Source: Octopus vulgaris
Lineage: Eukaryota
Direction: 5' to 3'
Length of the DNA stretch: 64,000 nt
NCBI GenBank assembly: GCA_951406725.2
Contig: OX597819.1
Span: 72,168,001-72,232,000, forward strand
How positions within the stretch are numbered: position 1 is the stretch's first letter; every line of letters starts with the position of its first letter. This document shows positions 61,782-64,000 of the stretch, in pieces. The position numbers and the translations under genes were made by a program. The notes under the pieces are model-generated. The model did not search any database. It was given only the letters and a program-made list of their open reading frames with translations, and was not told the origin of the DNA.

Positions 61782-62468
61782 CATACATACATACATACAT
61801 GCATACATACATATGTGTGTATGAAACAGAGTGCGATGTGATATATATATTTATGTATGTATGGACGTATGTATGTATGTACATAGATGTATATAGATGT
61901 ATATGCAAGTGTGTATGAGTGCATTTATGTATGTATATACGTATGCACGTGTGAATAGAATTGGGGAGGAGAAGAGAGAGATAAGCATTCTATATGTATA
62001 ATATATAATGGCTCTTTGTATATACGCGCGCGCGCGTGTGTGTGTGTTTCTGTGTGTTTGTGTGAGAAAGGAGGAGGGGGAAGAGAGGCGTAAGTAGGCG
62101 CATATACACACCCGTATACATACATGCACCCGTGTACAACGTTAGTGTATGAAAGAATATGAAGACGACTAGAAATATTTACGATCGTATTATCGATGTT
62201 GGTTTTTTTTTAGAGATTTATCAGAGAACAAAGATCGAGTGACAGAGAGAGAATGAGAGAGAGAGACAGTGAGAGAGAGAGACAGAGAAGCAGAGAGAGA
62301 GAAACAGAGCGAAAGTGACAGAGACAGAGAGAGAGAGACTAAAGACAAGTGAGATATTTCGGTGAGAGGATAAATAACAAAAAAATGGGATTGACCTTAT
62401 TAATATAAGAAAGGAGCCTGTTATGACAGAAAAGGTTGGGCACTGAAATGCAATACAGAGTGAGGTTA

Positions 62469-63520
62469 TAAGGTGCATTCCAAAAATTCTGGAACTTTTT
62501 TAAGAAAGGCATTTATCAATTTCAAAATACGAAACTCTAATCTCCTTCAAAGTAGGATCGTCTGAGATCAATGCACTTGTTGTCGTGCTCCAGCCATTTT
62601 GAGAAGGCTCCATGGAAGTTCTCCAAACTGAAGAGATCCAACACCCTTGTCACAGCCTCCTTCATCTTTTTCAGTGTCTTCAAAATGACTACTACAAAGG
62701 TTCTCCTTCCGATTGAAGAACAGCCAAATGTCACAGGAGGAAGCAGGTTCTGGACTGCAGGGAAGGTGAGGGTCAGTGGTGATGCCCATCTCTATCAAGT
62801 AGTTGGTTACCAGGATGAAATTTTAGACAAGTGCAGTGTCTTGGCGCAGGTGCCACCAACCCGAGTGGACGAGCTCTGACCTTTTGCCATGAAATCTCTT
62901 CCTGAAACCCCTCAAAACCTCCACAAAGTATTCTTTGTTGATTGTCTGACCAGGAATCCAGTGTTTGTAGATGATGCTCTTGCTGCCGAAAAAGGGACTC
63001 ATGATGGGCTTTCTGATGAACTTTTTTTACCTGGCCTTCTTGGGTTGACGGGAACCAAGATGTTTCCATTGGTCACTCTGTCTCTTGGTCTCTGAATCAT
63101 AACAGTAGATCCAACTTTCATCACAGGTGACCAGTACTCGTGGACTGGAAGTAATGAACTCAACCATCTCCCTGTTGTCACCACTGCACCATTTGTTGGT
63201 CACTGAGCACCCTAAACAAATTTTGTGCATATTCGGATCTTCATGAATAATTCTGTGTAAAGTTTTTATAGGCACACGACGGCCTTCGTCCAGAAAATTG
63301 CAAATTTTCCCAACCAGTTTTGGTATTCTGACGTCCCTCTCCTTCCCACGCCTCCCATTGTCTCTCACCGCCTCTCCATCGTCTTCTTGTGCCAGTGAGA
63401 AGCAGATGCTCGGCTCATACAATTTAATCCATGCGCCATCTGGGGCATTTCGTAAGTTTCTTTTTTAACGTTTTTGCCCAGTTACACACAAAACTTTATT
63501 GTAGAGCGAGCTTCCAAATA
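62469..63520 (-). mobile_element. Decayed mariner transposon
   Basis: LVTCDESWIYCYDSETKRQSDQWKH, PHLPCSPEPASSCD, KCIDLRRSYFEGD; TIR-like AAGGTGCATTCCAAAAATTCTGGAAC. Confidence 0.85.
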
Positions 63521-63537
63521 GTCTTCAAGTATCGGAG

Positions 63538-63583
63538 CGGTGGTGGGAGACAGACACAAAGACAAAGACGCACAGAAAAACAT

Positions 63584-63621
<38 letters not shown>

Positions 63622-63778
63622 GACGACGGGCTTCTTTCAGTTTCCGTCTACCAAATCCACTCACAAAGCTGTGGTCGACCCGAGACTATAGTAGAAGACA
63701 ATTGCCCAAGGCGCCACGCTGTGAGAATGAACCCGGAACAATGTGGTTGGGAAGCAAATTTCTTACCACACAACCATT
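63538..63778 (-). mobile_element. CORE-type SINE 5' part
   Basis: CGACGGGCTTCTTTCAGTTTCCGTCTACCAAATCCACTCACAA...CTTACCACAC. Confidence 0.88.
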
Positions 63779-63900
63779 TGTGTATATGTGTGTGTATGTG
63801 TGTGTATGTATGTATAGATTGTTTGAAGTGGTGTAACAGATACTGCATATTGTTTATATAATATACATATATATGAAATTTAATAAAGTATTATTACCAT

Positions 63901-63908
63901 TAATAGTA

Positions 63909-64000
<92 letters not shown>
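63901..64000. repeat. (TAA)n microsatellite running off the window
   Basis: Directly visible. Confidence 0.97.

Overview
This is AT-rich, microsatellite-saturated eukaryotic DNA with no recognisable intact host gene. The SINE families and repeat landscape point to an octopus (coleoid cephalopod) intronic or intergenic region; that assignment is inferred, not searched. The window is a mosaic of tRNA-derived SINEs, CR1/L2-group, RTE and Tx1/L1-group LINEs, Penelope-like elements (PLEs, including a young Neptune-type RT plus GIY-YIG copy), Tc1/mariner DNA transposons and Helitron pieces. Most ORF-track entries are microsatellite artefacts. The most notable signal is a set of minimal type I hammerhead ribozyme (HHR) motifs with palindromic stem III, two of which carry a compensatory U3-A8 core. 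One HHR is the tail of a ~250-nt tRNA-headed (Pol III) non-autonomous element with a PLE-style inverted arm and an 11-bp target-site duplication (13205-13975), a candidate PLE-mobilised SINE/retrozyme hybrid. Also notable are a covarying 3' stem-loop shared by the dominant SINE and two LINE families, and a ~70-bp target duplication around an RTE. All coordinates were read by eye and may be off by a few bases.
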